Source: Ginkgo biloba
Taxonomy: Eukaryota; Plantae; Ginkgophyta
Reading direction: 5' to 3'
Length of the DNA stretch: 37,505 nucleotides
Assembly: GCA_024626585.2 (NCBI GenBank)
Contig: JANKJI020000001.1
Span: 2,110,446-2,147,950, forward strand
The stretch's first letter is position 1, and every line of letters starts with the position of its first letter. Positions 26,148 through 37,505 of this stretch are shown piece after piece. Made by a program: the position numbers and the translations under genes. The notes below the pieces were generated by a model. The model made no database searches, was not told where the DNA came from, and saw nothing but the letters and a program-made list of their open reading frames with translations.

Positions 26148-26870
26148 ATGGAGTGTTATGATGAAGGAGATGAGGATCCAAGCATTTGTATGCACAAGAA
26201 AGGCTATTTGGGATTTGGTTCGAATCTCGTGCAGATGCCTGCGTGGTTTGATTTGAGGGTGTTCTATGTGAGAGTGTGTAGCTGCCCAGTGGATGATGGA
26301 TCATCAGCTCCTCAATATCTCACTCTGCGACACATTCCTAAGAATGCTGATATTGCACTTGAAGTGAATGGGGGGCGAATTGTTCCTTCAGAGGGGGTTT
26401 CATTGGTTCTTCGTAGAGACAGAGTTGATAAGGAATCTGAAGAAGCCACCTTTGTCAGTACAGACAATGTTCGAACCACAGGAACTCTGCAATTTGAAGT
26501 TTATGATCAAGATGATTTGCTTCTCTGTGGTACTTTGGAATTGTTGGAAGGATCTAACAATGATCAAGGGCTTGAAAAGGTGAATCCTTTGTCAAAAAAT
26601 CAGAGGAAGGGATGGAGCATGGATTGCTGTTCTGCAGTGGGTCCGGCAGGCTGTGGTTTATTGAGAGGAAGAAATATTCCTGGCGCTGCTATTTCTCCTC
26701 CCACTGTGGAAGTTTATGTGGCTGGTTGCTTCTCTGGGTTTCCTGTTATTTTGACAAAAACTGTCCAACTTATTTGCCGGAGAAAGATTTCACGATGGAC
26801 GACAATGGATGCGATCCCGGAGAATAAGACTATTGACAGAAACCAGAATAGCATAGTCCAGACTGATGAG
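26148..26870 (+). CDS. At1g01500-like uncharacterised plant protein ('erythronate-4-phosphate dehydrogenase family' label), coding exon 1
   Basis: 241 codons with family motifs WFDLRVFYVRV, LRRDRVDKESEEATFVSTDNVR, WSMDC, PTVEVYVAGCFSGFPVILTKTVQL, MDAIPE; phase-0 donor GAG|GTATGG at 26871. Confidence 0.93.
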
Positions 26871-29800
26871 GTATGGAGTGAAACATTGATCTGGTACAGA
26901 GCTTGTTCTCTTCTTATTTTCAGCCAGAAAACATTAATATCAGGAGCAGTAAGATTGAAGATACACAACTTAGATTACACCATAGAAGTACTTGAGCAAG
27001 ATGTAGAGATAGAACTTACTACTAAAGATTGATTAGCCCTATTGATGCAGTGAACAGAAACACTTACTAAGGCACGCCCATTTTCACTTTTGAGCTTTCA
27101 ACTGTACAAACTGTTTTCTGTTGCTTCTTTGGGGAACATTCTACCATATGCTTATTTATATTTTGAATTTATCAAGTTCTTGTTGTCAATCATTTATTTT
27201 ATACCCGTGTTTGTTGCCCATGTACTTGCTCTTAGTTGCTTGCATTGAAAGTCTTTTTGGTCTTAGGCCATGTCTGCCAAATAGGATGACCTACTGCTCA
27301 GGTTTTGTTTGCCCTTTCTAGTGACAAAGATCTTTCACTGCAATCCAATTATTTATCACCATTGATATAGGTTTTGACTTTGATCTTGCTCCAGTCAAGT
27401 TTAAGAATCTATTTGTCGCAACTGGAATAGTGAAGATTTGTATCTGCAAGGTAAGAGAAAGTTGGACAAATATAGAAAGCATGGCAGTTATCAAGCAAGT
27501 AAGCTGATGGTCGTTCCATTCAGAGTTATAAAACTCAGGCAATGTCTTGACCGCTGTTGTTTACAAATGTATTCTGCCTTCCATTACAGAGGATTTCCAC
27601 TCAACAGTCCTAAAATTCTAAAGCGTGATACACAAGCCCTTTACCTTATTATATTCTTTTGGTAAAGTGGTCTTTCAAACAACAATTGGACACCTTAAAG
27701 GGCTTAAGATAAAAGTGTTTACAGTCATTTATTCTATATGAAGTTCAACTAGCTTATTTATTAAGGGTGGCAAAACATTAAGCCTCATACTTTGTGTACA
27801 ATACATGATATGACTTATTTTATGAATGATCTAGTAAACTCTTTTGAAGTGATGTAATTGCAAACTACATTAATTGTTGTTGTCAGATAGTACTTTGAAT
27901 TCTCCCATATTTGGTATTTGAAATATTCNNNNNNNNNNNNNNNNNNNNNNNNNNNNNNNNNNNNNNNNNNNNNNNNNNNNNNNNNNNNNNNNNNNNNNNN
28001 NNNNNNNNNNNNNNNNNNNNNNNNNNNNNNNNNNNNNNNNNNNNNNNNNNNNNNNNNNNNNNNNNNNNNNNNNNNNNNNNNNNNNNNNNNNNNNNNNNNN
28101 NNNNNNNNNNNNNNNNNNNNNNNNNNNNNNNNNNNNNNNNNNNNNNNNNNNNNNNNNNNNNNNNNNNNNNNNNNNNNNNNNNNNNNNNNNNNNNNNNNNN
28201 NNNNNNNNNNNNNNNNNNNNNNNNNNNNNNNNNNNNNNNNNNNNNNNNNNNNNNNNNNNNNNNNNNNNNNNNNNNNNNNNNNNNNNNNNNNNNNNNNNNN
28301 NNNNNNNNNNNNNNNNNNNNNNNNNNNNNNNNNNNNNNNNNNNNNNNNNNNNNNNNNNNNNNNNNNNNNNNNNNNNNNNNNNNNNNNNNNNNNNNNNNNN
28401 NNNNNNNNNNNNNNNNNNNNNNNNNNNNNNNNNNNNNNNNNNNNNNNNNNNNNNNNNNNNNNNNNNNNNNNNNNNNNNNNNNNNNNNNNNNNNNNNNNNN
28501 NNNNNNNNNNNNNNNNNNNNNNNNNNNNNNNNNNNNNNNNNNNNNNNNNNNNNNNNNNNNNNNNNNNNNNNNNNNNNNCATTTGCCATCTTGCCATACCC
28601 ATTGTGCACTTGATCAATCAATTGTATGGCTACTTTTCCATCCTCCTGCCACCTTTTGCCATGCATCTTCTACAGTTCCTCCTGCTTGTACTGCAAGAGT
28701 ACACTGCCTGTAGCATCGCAATTTGATCATTTCTTTTTGGACGTTTGATCGTACCATATTCTTGAGACTTTGTCTTCCAATGTCAACACTTGGTCAGTCA
28801 AGCACAGATCCTCCCCAAGAAATAGAATACCTTCTGCAAATGCTTCCTCGCCATGTGGACCGTGTTTGTTTCCGTGTGTATCTGCAACAAGCAAGGCTAC
28901 CCAAATTGTAGTGTCAATTGGCTAATAATGCACAATGGAGCAATACAGATGCCAAGTGCTATGTTATTCCTTTGCTTCATTAGTAAAATGAAATTTCTGT
29001 TCAACAATCTGTCAAGGATACTGGACAATAGGATCTGAGATCTGAGATTTTCTAAGATGGTAGAAGCACATTGAAACTAGGCAGAAATTGAATTGAGGTT
29101 AGCCTTTAGATCTACTACTTGCCATTTTTAGGGAATCTGCACCACTAAACAAATGCGAAGGACTGTTTTCTGCTTCCCAAAGATTATGGACTCTTAGGTT
29201 GAGGCTTTACTTTGTCCAGCCAATATTTCCTGGCTAGCGCTTGATGTATTATGATGACAGGAAGGTTGTTTGGGCCTTTGGACACTTTGTGGAGGTACTT
29301 AAAGTGCTGAAAATTCCATGTCTAGGTGAGATGGATTATGTTTGCCCTAGGAGCCTTTTAGATTCCTTACAGATTTCTTTCTCTATATCTTTGTTTGTGA
29401 TAACATGTTTTGAGACTAGGTTTTGCAATACCAATTCCATGATGTGCTCTGAAATTAACTGATCAACATGGATAACCAGTCCCAGCAAGCCACCTCGGAT
29501 TTGTCATCAAGGTATACCACAAGTTGATTTCTGGTTAGGTGTCTCCTCTGGGCCAAGGGATTTTCTCTTGGCTGATATCTTCCCGTGTCTCAGAAGATAC
29601 AGCCACCGCATGGACTGTTTCATCTCTGGACTGCCTGAAAACAATTTGCAAGTCTCTTCTGCTTACCATAAGCTTTTGAAGACAAAGTTTTCGAAAAAAT
29701 TTGCTCAGGCTGATCTGAATATTAGTTTGGTTGCTCAAAGCAGATTTTTCCATCTCATGGCCCATTATACATCTATTTCTTGCACATTTCATATTCGGTG

Positions 29801-30552
29801 CGCAATTTTCTTTGTAAAGCTAAAACCATTAGCAGTGGAATCATAACAATGATGTACTTAGTAGTTTCTGAAAGGGGCCCACTAACTACTGTAGTTTAGC
29901 ATGATATTAGTCCACATGAGAGCTTGTATTGTGCTATGAAATGTGAGAAATTGACAACCTTCTTTAGAATCCCCCATTTATTGTGCACTTGCTTCGTATC
30001 TGTGAACAATGGCTTTGCTTATTCCAAAGATGCATTATCTATCAGTAGTTGTTTCACTTATTGCAAAGTTGCATTTATCTTAAATGTTGTAAATTTGCTC
30101 TAATGGGGTTGGAAAAGCTGTCAACTGAATATGATACAAATAGGTTGCTCGACATATGAGGGAGACTTCATTTCTGGGTACCTTCTGGCTGGTCTTATTG
30201 CAGTAGTTGTCAGGACATTTCCCACCTGTTGCATAGTAATGTGACAATAATACTGCAAATATGCTTGTTATTATGAATGTTTTATTCCATACTGCTCCTT
30301 AGAAATGATTCATTCCATGCTATAAGTCAGTATAATCCTTGCTCAACTTACATTGTCCCATCCCCTCCTCTCCCAAAATATAATAAGGTAATTATGTCCC
30401 AGCTTGTGTATTATTTGTAGGACAGTTGTGAATCTTGTTATGTTTGGCATTATGGAAGAGGAGAGAAGAAGTATCTTAATGATGTCATTCCATATTGGTA
30501 TTGGAGATACATTAGAAATTGTGATATAGTTGCTGGTGCCTTGTTGTGACAG
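26871..30552 (+). other. GT-AG intron of about 3.7 kb (contains a 650-N gap)
   Basis: GT at 26871, GACAG ending at 30552; phase-0 join gives VQTDE|LSQDRDYEE. Confidence 0.8.
29040..29846 (+). pseudogene. Decayed PLS-class PPR gene C-terminus (E/E+/DYW-like) inside the intron
   Basis: Ordered resemblances FSKMVEA, KDYGL, GHFVEVLKVLKIP..DYVCPRSLLDSLQI, STWI, PRDFLLADI, LRRYSHRM, NNLQVSSAYHK..TKFSKK, SRFFHL; 29241-29846 is one frame with a single internal TGA (29460-29462). Confidence 0.6.
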
Positions 30553-30792
30553 CTTTCACAGGATAGGGATTATGAAGAGCTGGATGAAATGGATGGACAC
30601 AATCTAAACAACTTCTATCCAAGAGGTGGATACATTGAAGGTGATGATGGAGAACTGTCATGGTTCAATGCTGGTGTCAGAGTTGGTGTGGGCATTGGAC
30701 TAGGAATGTGTCTTGGCATTGGAATAGGTGTTGGATTGTTTGTACGCACATACCAAGCAACCACAAGAAGTTTCAGGAAGCGACTATTCTAG
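30553..30792 (+). CDS. At1g01500-like protein, coding exon 2 (Gly-rich transmembrane tail)
   Basis: EGDDGELSWFNAGVRVGVGIGLGMCLGIGIGVGLFVRTYQATTRSFRKRLF*, the family's conserved C-terminus; in-frame alternative acceptor would start at 30562. Confidence 0.93.
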   Translation, partial: LSQDRDYEELDEMDGHNLNNFYPRGGYIEGDDGELSWFNAGVRVGVGIGLGMCLGIGIGVGLFVRTYQATTRSFRKRLF

Positions 30793-32249
30793 TCATTGTT
30801 TGTTTACTGTAACGAGTAACTGTGACTATCATTGACTGACAATTGTGGTTTCCTTGTAATGTTGTGTTAAAACTTAAAATTGAAGATGAGATTTGTATTG
30901 CATGCAATTAGTTTTTTGGACTGAAATTCCTTCATGATCTCAAGACATTGCATTTTGCACTGAAATTTGTTTGTGTTCTGAAGACATTGTGTTTTGCAGG
31001 GTCTACTCATGAATATAACTAAATTACTTTGTAATTTTTAGTTTCTTTACATCTTTTATTTGTGTTTATTCTCTGTATTGGTGTCCAGCAAAAGAGTAGG
31101 TGATCTGAGGTTACAAGGAGCAACACAACTGACCTTGCAGGTATTTTTTATTAGAGCAAGTATGAGTTATCTCGCACAAATAGGGTTGAGAGTATCAGAA
31201 TTGACCAGAAATGGTTCATTAGTGTTGATGAAATGACATAACTAGGTTGGGGTACATTTTGTTGGACCATAATTGACAGTTTGTGCAACATCTCTGATTC
31301 TGGCATGAGCATTGTTTTTTTGATTAACAGACAGTTAAATTAAAAAAANNNNNNNNNNNNNNNNNNNNNNNNNNNNNNNNNNNNNNNNNNNNNNNNNNNN
31401 NNNNNNNNNNNNNNNNNNNNNNNNNNNNNNNNNNNNNNNNNNNNNNNNTGAACTAATTTTATATTTAATCTTTATTTTTCATTAATTTTAGTATGATGTT
31501 TTCGTTGCAATAAGTCCATCATCTATTTATGTGAATAAACAAAAGGAGAATACATTATTCATCCACTTGATCATGGTGGGTCATCAAAATATAGAATTAC
31601 AACCATATGTGAAAAATCTACGCCTTTACATATGTTGCCTTAATGGTTACCCAACTTAAGATTGAAACACAAGTAGATATGATTTTGAGTCAAATAAATA
31701 AGTTCATTAGAAATATTGATTCGTGTCAAATATAACCGTCAATGATAGTTGTTGGCGTTAAGTTAATAATGGCAAGAAAGCTCAACAAAACTATAAAATT
31801 TTGTCTAATAAACAACTGTGGTAGACAATTCTAGGTCTAATACTAAGATTATCAATGGAGTCCAAGGGACATAACCCCTTACCAAGGCCCCCTTGGTATG
31901 GAGGACCTAGTGGGGTTCATACTCCATAGCCAACATGACTATATGACCAATTTATACTGTGAAAGTTATAAGTCCTATGCATTTCCTTCTTGGAAATAGA
32001 TAAGTATGGGAGAAAACAGTCAATGCAAAATCAAATTAAATTCATTTATCCAGAGCATTGTAGCATGTTGGAGCATCAAGCTTGAGTAGAAAAGAAACTT
32101 CGTATGATAAGGTTACAAAATTGAACAGTCAAATGGTGAAAATTTTCTTATATAGAATGGTCACATCAACAAAACAAAGCTTCAAAAGAAGATGAAGTTT
32201 GGTCAAGCAAATTGGAGAAGGAAGAACATCTTTCTCTAATGGTTTAAAG

Positions 32250-32420
32250 CCTGCTACTCTGTAGAATCATTGCTTGCCTTAGAATATACTATGTGAGTGA
32301 AGATTAGTGATAAATGCCAATGATGCCTTCTTTGTGGAAACTAAAATTCTAAACCAAAAACTTGCTCGATGGGTGTAAGTGCCATGACCATGGGTTTCTT
32401 GAGTGGAAGAGAAATCCAAA
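32250..32420 (+). mobile_element. Ty3/Gypsy RNase H remnant
   Basis: KILNQKLARWV* at 32343-32378 resembles KLNxRHARWVE. Confidence 0.4.
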
Positions 32421-34539
32421 ATGATTCTCAAAGCCAAGAAAGCTTGGGAGTGAGAGAGGGAAACAATCATAGTACATTTTATAGATTCTTCCCCATAAGA
32501 TTTTGGAAAGAATCAATGACAATATAAGATTGGAGACAAGAGGAGTTTGAGTGCGGTCACATAGCACAAGAACACTAACTTTTGTTGCTCCATAATTTTA
32601 AGAACCCACAACTCCATTCTAGTCACATGAACACTTCATTTTCAGGGAAAGTTGAAAAATCTACTCGCTAAACAAGTCTTTGTCACTTTGTTTTTGTTCT
32701 TCTTTATTTTCTCTCAGGTTGATTGTCAGTGTTAGTGAATAGTTGTGAGTAGAAAACTCCTATCCTGTAGGAGGAAAACCTAGCCCCTACATTTTATAAG
32801 AAGTTAAAAAGAGTTCATATTTNNNNNNNNNNNNNNNNNNNNNNNNNNNNNNNNNNNNNNNNNNNNNNNNNNNNNNNNNNNNNNNNNNNNNNNNNNNNNN
32901 NNNNNNNNNNNNNNNNNNNNNNGTTCTTGGGAGAATTTGAGTCTTCTTTAAAATTCCATTTTTAATCATTCTTGGAACTACTAGGATCTCCTTGATATCT
33001 CTTTGGAGATTCTAAACTTGAATATTCAACTTTTGGATGCTTCAAATCCATTAAAAACTATATAATAGTATCCACACTATACTCCAATCTCATGAATCTT
33101 ACCTCAATAGCATCTTCCTTAGTTCTTTATACCATTTTTCAAAATCTTGGATCTCTATCACTTATCGANNNNNNNNNNNNNNNNNNNNNNNNNNNNNNNN
33201 NNNTCTTCTGGTTCTTACCATTCAACATAAGGTCAGGAAAAATAAGATCCAATACCAAATTGATCCATATTTTAGTGGGTGATTCAAAATATCCCAATGT
33301 TATTAACTACAAATGATGTTTTTTAATTTTTTTTAATAAAAAAAATAAAATTCTATGTATTAAAATTGCATGCAATCCTATCATATTGGTTGTTGATATT
33401 TTTTGTATGTTTAAATCACACCAATTCATTCCTATTATCATTGACATTATTATAAATATTCATCATAAATTTGTACATAATTTATTATACATTTATAAGA
33501 CATGGGTATTTTTTATGTATATTGCTTAAACAAATAAGGTATTATTTCAAATATGAAATTTTATATATATAATTGTATTTTTCATATATAAGGTACTTGT
33601 TGTTTTTTGTATATCATATTACAATGGAAAAGATCATGTATTAAATATGATATGTTAACACTTCCTTATTATTATTTGATATAGTGGTGAATTTTATTCC
33701 CTTTTATGATAATATTTTTATTGTATATTTCACATGCACAATATGAAGTGGTATTAACACAAAATACATCATGCATAATAGTGGATTGATCCTTGCAGTT
33801 GTATGTTGTATGGATTTAAGGTATTTTAAGATTATAAGCAAAAGTAGAAGATGAGTAACACAATGTTGCTCATTTATTCAAGTTAGCGGCGATTTAATAT
33901 CTCTCTCTACATAATGCATTATGTTAAGTGTATTTAAGTGGCGAATTAGTTTGTTTTACTAATTAGCCATTTGATTAGAAGCAAGAGGTCCTCTTTAGGT
34001 GTGAATTTTCCTACATTCTTATCATTGTTTCATGCATTTAACATCACCCAAGATAGGTAAGTCCAGTGGTAGATGAGTTATTTTGTGAGATGTTTTTTTA
34101 CTAGTGCATCATTTTTTCTCNNNNNNNNNNATCATTTATAAGATTTCTTAGATTCATTATTGCATAGAGCAATCTGGCGACTCCAATAGTCCATTCCAAA
34201 TTAAAAAAATGTAAACAATGTCGAAACTCCAAAGTAAACAGACATTAGGGACAAATTTAATCTGTGGCAATTCCATTAGTTGGATCTGACTAAGAAAAAA
34301 GATCTAAGATAGGGCTAGTCTAGCGATTCTAATAGGGCTAGTCTAGTGGATTGAATTGAGTAAAAATAAGTAGCCCAACATAGATGGAAGTGAGCCCAAG
34401 TTTTAATAGTTTCATCAATTCAATGAAGCCTAGATTTTAGAGATTCCACTATCTAATAGCCTAATCGATTCCAATCTCTAGTAATTGAGTTAAGAAATGT
34501 TGACAGTCCATGTGTCTCCTGCAACATCTATGTCATTCA

Positions 34540-35208
34540 ATTATAGATTTTTGTAATTCAATTATAGTCAATCTTATTTTTTGAATTAATACAATTGAAA
34601 TTTAAGTTTAACATAAAGCATGTACTCTCATAATCGACAAGAAGTCATGATTTGTTAGTTTATGTTAAATATGTAATGTATTTAAGTTACATTTAGGTTA
34701 ATATGGGTTTAATGTTGGGAACATTAGAATTGGGTTTATTTAATAAATGTAATGTCATTAAAATGACATGTGGTTGTTGCGAATTTGAGTAGTTAAGAAA
34801 TCCAGGGGTTTATTTTGTAGTATTAATATGTATAATGGACTTTGTAAATACAAGGAATAATAGTAGTGAATATNNNNNNNNNNNNNNNNNNNNNNNNNNN
34901 NNNNNNNNNNNNNNNNNNNNNNNNNNNNNNNNNNNNNNNNNNNNNNNNNNNNNNNNNNNNNNNNNNNNNNNNNTTGATTTTACTATATTAATATGTATAA
35001 TGGACTTTGTAAATATAAGGAAGAATGTTATGGTGAATATTTAGCAAGTCTCATATGTTATATTGTGTGTATTAGTATTTTTTGTTGTGTACTATGTGTG
35101 TGAGTATATATGAGAGACTTCCATATGGTAACAAAGATGCAAGGTTGTCTTGAAGGTACCTAACCTAAAGAAGGTAATAGAGCTAAGAAAATCAGCATGG
35201 TATTAGAG
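34540..35208 (+). mobile_element. Probable LTR end with degenerate Met-type PBS
   Basis: CA at 35196-35197 followed by TGGTATTAGAG at 35198-35208; left boundary approximate. Confidence 0.45.
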
Positions 35209-36559
35209 AAATTTTATGGGAGGGAAAAACACTACCACTATAGTTATTGAAGGTGGAAGGATTGTTGAAGGAAGAGAGATGGGTTGCTAAATAACTAAGA
35301 TGAGACACCATTTAGAAGAAAGACTCATTGGAGAAAAAAATAGAGAATGAGAGAGTCCTATGTCCCCTAAGATGAGGATGTTTATGAAGACAAGATGTCG
35401 TTAGACCAAAAAAACTTCATTAGAGAAGAGGGATACAGAGCAGAGATTATTGTGGAGAAATTTGTGCCTATAAGGAGGGAGATTCGTGAAGTAGAATATT
35501 GCTTCAAAGGGAAAATGATCAATAGAGGAGATAAAATGAGTTTTATTAGGCAGTAAAGGTGGTCACACCACATAAGATTGTACCAACATTGAGTTGTGAG
35601 CCACCAGGAGAAAGCCGAAGATAAGAGCAATGATAGTATGGTGAACAAAGTTAGAGTAGTGATGTCATGAATGAGTGTCATTCAAAATAAAATCTTTCTC
35701 GTCACTTGAAAATGAAAGAATGTCGAGGCAAAATTAAGCACAATTATCGATGCAAGATAGAGGAAACATTAGGAGATATACCAATAAGGAAGAAGAATAC
35801 AGATAGATTATAGTGGGTCAAAATCGACAAAAAAATTAGGTTGTAGGGTTGAATTGGGCACATAGGCCGCTCAAGGATTTATTTATTTATTTTTTAATTC
35901 TAAAGTTTAACTATAAAAAAGAAAAATAATTAAATAGGGTTAATTTTTTAAAATCATGATCATATTGAACCCATAAGACCTCAAAACTAAGACAAAATGA
36001 TGTAAAAAGTGGGCTAAGACACTTTTTAAACCTTTTTTGAGCCAAAATGTTTTAGAAAAATGGTTGGAGGTGGTGTACACACATTTATTCTCCTAGATGC
36101 GCACAAATTAAATAGAAACAATAATGGAGTGTGGAAATTTAAAATGGAAAACATCTTAACTATACATAAATTAATAGGAATAGTTAAAGAGAAGGATATC
36201 AAACCTGAAGTAANNNNNNNNNNNNNNNNNNNNNNNNNNNNNNNNNNNNNNNNNNNNNNNNNNNNNNNNNNNNNNNNNNNNNNNNNNNNNNNNNNNNNNN
36301 NNNNNNNNNNNNNGGGTCAACTGATGCATCACATGGATGTTCATCATGGTTATTGTCTAGAGTGCTTCCTTAATATAGGAGGTATCCTTATTCATTTCTA
36401 GAATTATTTCCTCAAGGGATCCCGACTTAGAATTTATGTTTTCAAATATATCTCTTTTGTAAGTTGATGAAAATTTTACTTTCCTCTATAAGAGGAAGGC
36501 CCTACGACATCATCTTGGATGTTAGATATCTAGTATATGGACTATGAACCTTCTTCCTT

Positions 36560-36830
36560 TGCGATATCATCCTTTGCTCTTACCATACTCTACAACACCT
36601 TGAAATTCAACTTGAAGGATTAGGATCGACCTGTTGGTTGCCATGTAAAAAAGAAAGACGTGGAAAAGTAAATCCAATAGTTAGGGTTGCATTGCACTCT
36701 CTTGTGCCCCTAAATAAATTAAGTTGCACATATGTTTCAAAGTTAATTATAGATAAATAAATTACTTTCTTAAAGTACCTCACTAGGTTCTTTAAAATAC
36801 CATCAAAACCTTGTATCACTAATAAAACAT
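36560..36830 (-). mobile_element. Ty3/Gypsy integrase remnant
   Basis: GFDGILKNLVRYFKKVIYLS..ETYVQLNLFR resembles GFDSIFVVVDRFSKMAHFIP..ATHVAxLFFR. Confidence 0.4.
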
Positions 36831-36877
36831 AGTATGAAGTGGCAAATGAACATATGTAAATTTTTTAAATTTATTTG

Positions 36878-37505
36878 TTAGTGGAAAATGGCCCTTATTG
36901 CATCAAGGGTTCATCTAACCCTCCAAGTCTTCTTACCCAAGAAAGATGGATTGATGAGGATGTGTGTGGACTATTGTGTTTTAAATAAAGTCACCATTAA
37001 GGATAAATATCCTCTTAAGATTGATGATTTTTGGACACCATGAAGGGAGGCACTATATTTTCTAAAATAGATTTGAGGAGTGTCTATCATAGGATCTTAA
37101 TTCCTAAGAAGGATATGAAGAAGACCACGTTTACCACTAGGAATGGCCACCATAAGTATTAGTGATTCCCTTTAGTTAGACGAATGCAACTACCACATTC
37201 ATGAGGTTGATGTATAATATTCTCAATCCACACTTGGAGAAGTTTGTGGCTATTTTTCTTGTCGATGTATTAATTGTTGGCAAGAATAAGTAAGAGCATT
37301 GAGAGCACCTACATATGGTGTTGGACGTCCTTTGAAGGGAGAAGCTTTATGCCAAGTTGTCAAAATGTGACTTGCACCAAGAGGAGGTAGAATATTTGGG
37401 TCATGTCATCTTGGCAAGGAGTATTTTCGTTGATATTAAGAAGATAAAGGTGACTCAAGAGGGGAAAACTTTAGTGAACATGAATGAGGTAAGTAGATTT
37501 CTATA
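36878..37505 (+). mobile_element. Ty3/Gypsy reverse transcriptase pseudogene, truncated by window end
   Basis: [64 protein letters not shown] (YxDD degenerate), EKLYAKLSKC, VEYLGHVI; stops and frameshifts present. Confidence 0.93.

Noticed and set aside
26857-26895. CCAGA-CTGATGA...GAAAC...TCTGG hammerhead-like arrangement at the splice donor
   Set aside because: Stem II does not pair and no UH cleavage site precedes stem I; the sequence is explained by codons plus the donor.
27815-28726. Long ORFs of 231-283 aa, and other X-rich ORFs in the track
   Set aside because: Artefacts of translating through N gaps.
34821-35040. Near-identical 50-bp sequence on both sides of an N gap
   Set aside because: Cannot be separated from a scaffolding artefact or a simple LTR sub-repeat.

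Overview
AT-rich, gap-ridden eukaryotic genomic DNA from a land plant. The long intron, dense decayed retroelements and Met-type primer-binding sites suggest a large-genome seed plant such as a gymnosperm, but the taxon is inference. One intact gene is supported: a two-exon At1g01500-family gene (database label 'erythronate-4-phosphate dehydrogenase family'), + strand, 26148-26870 joined to 30553-30792, about 320 aa with a Gly-rich C-terminal membrane anchor. Its 3.7-kb intron appears to hold a decayed PPR E/DYW (organellar RNA-editing factor) reading frame. The rest is mostly nested, decayed retroelements: five initiator-Met PBS sites, Ty3/Gypsy gag/protease/RT/RNaseH/integrase fragments, a Copia RT fragment, a non-L1-looking LINE RT, and a duplicated multi-zinc-knuckle gag unit apparently joined to a Copia-type RNase H tail. 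Two diverged tandem arrays (11.0-11.5 kb, 21.7-23.35 kb) remain unexplained. I cannot demonstrate a new functional system from sequence alone. All family assignments come from manual translation and remembered motifs, not database searches; TE boundaries are approximate.
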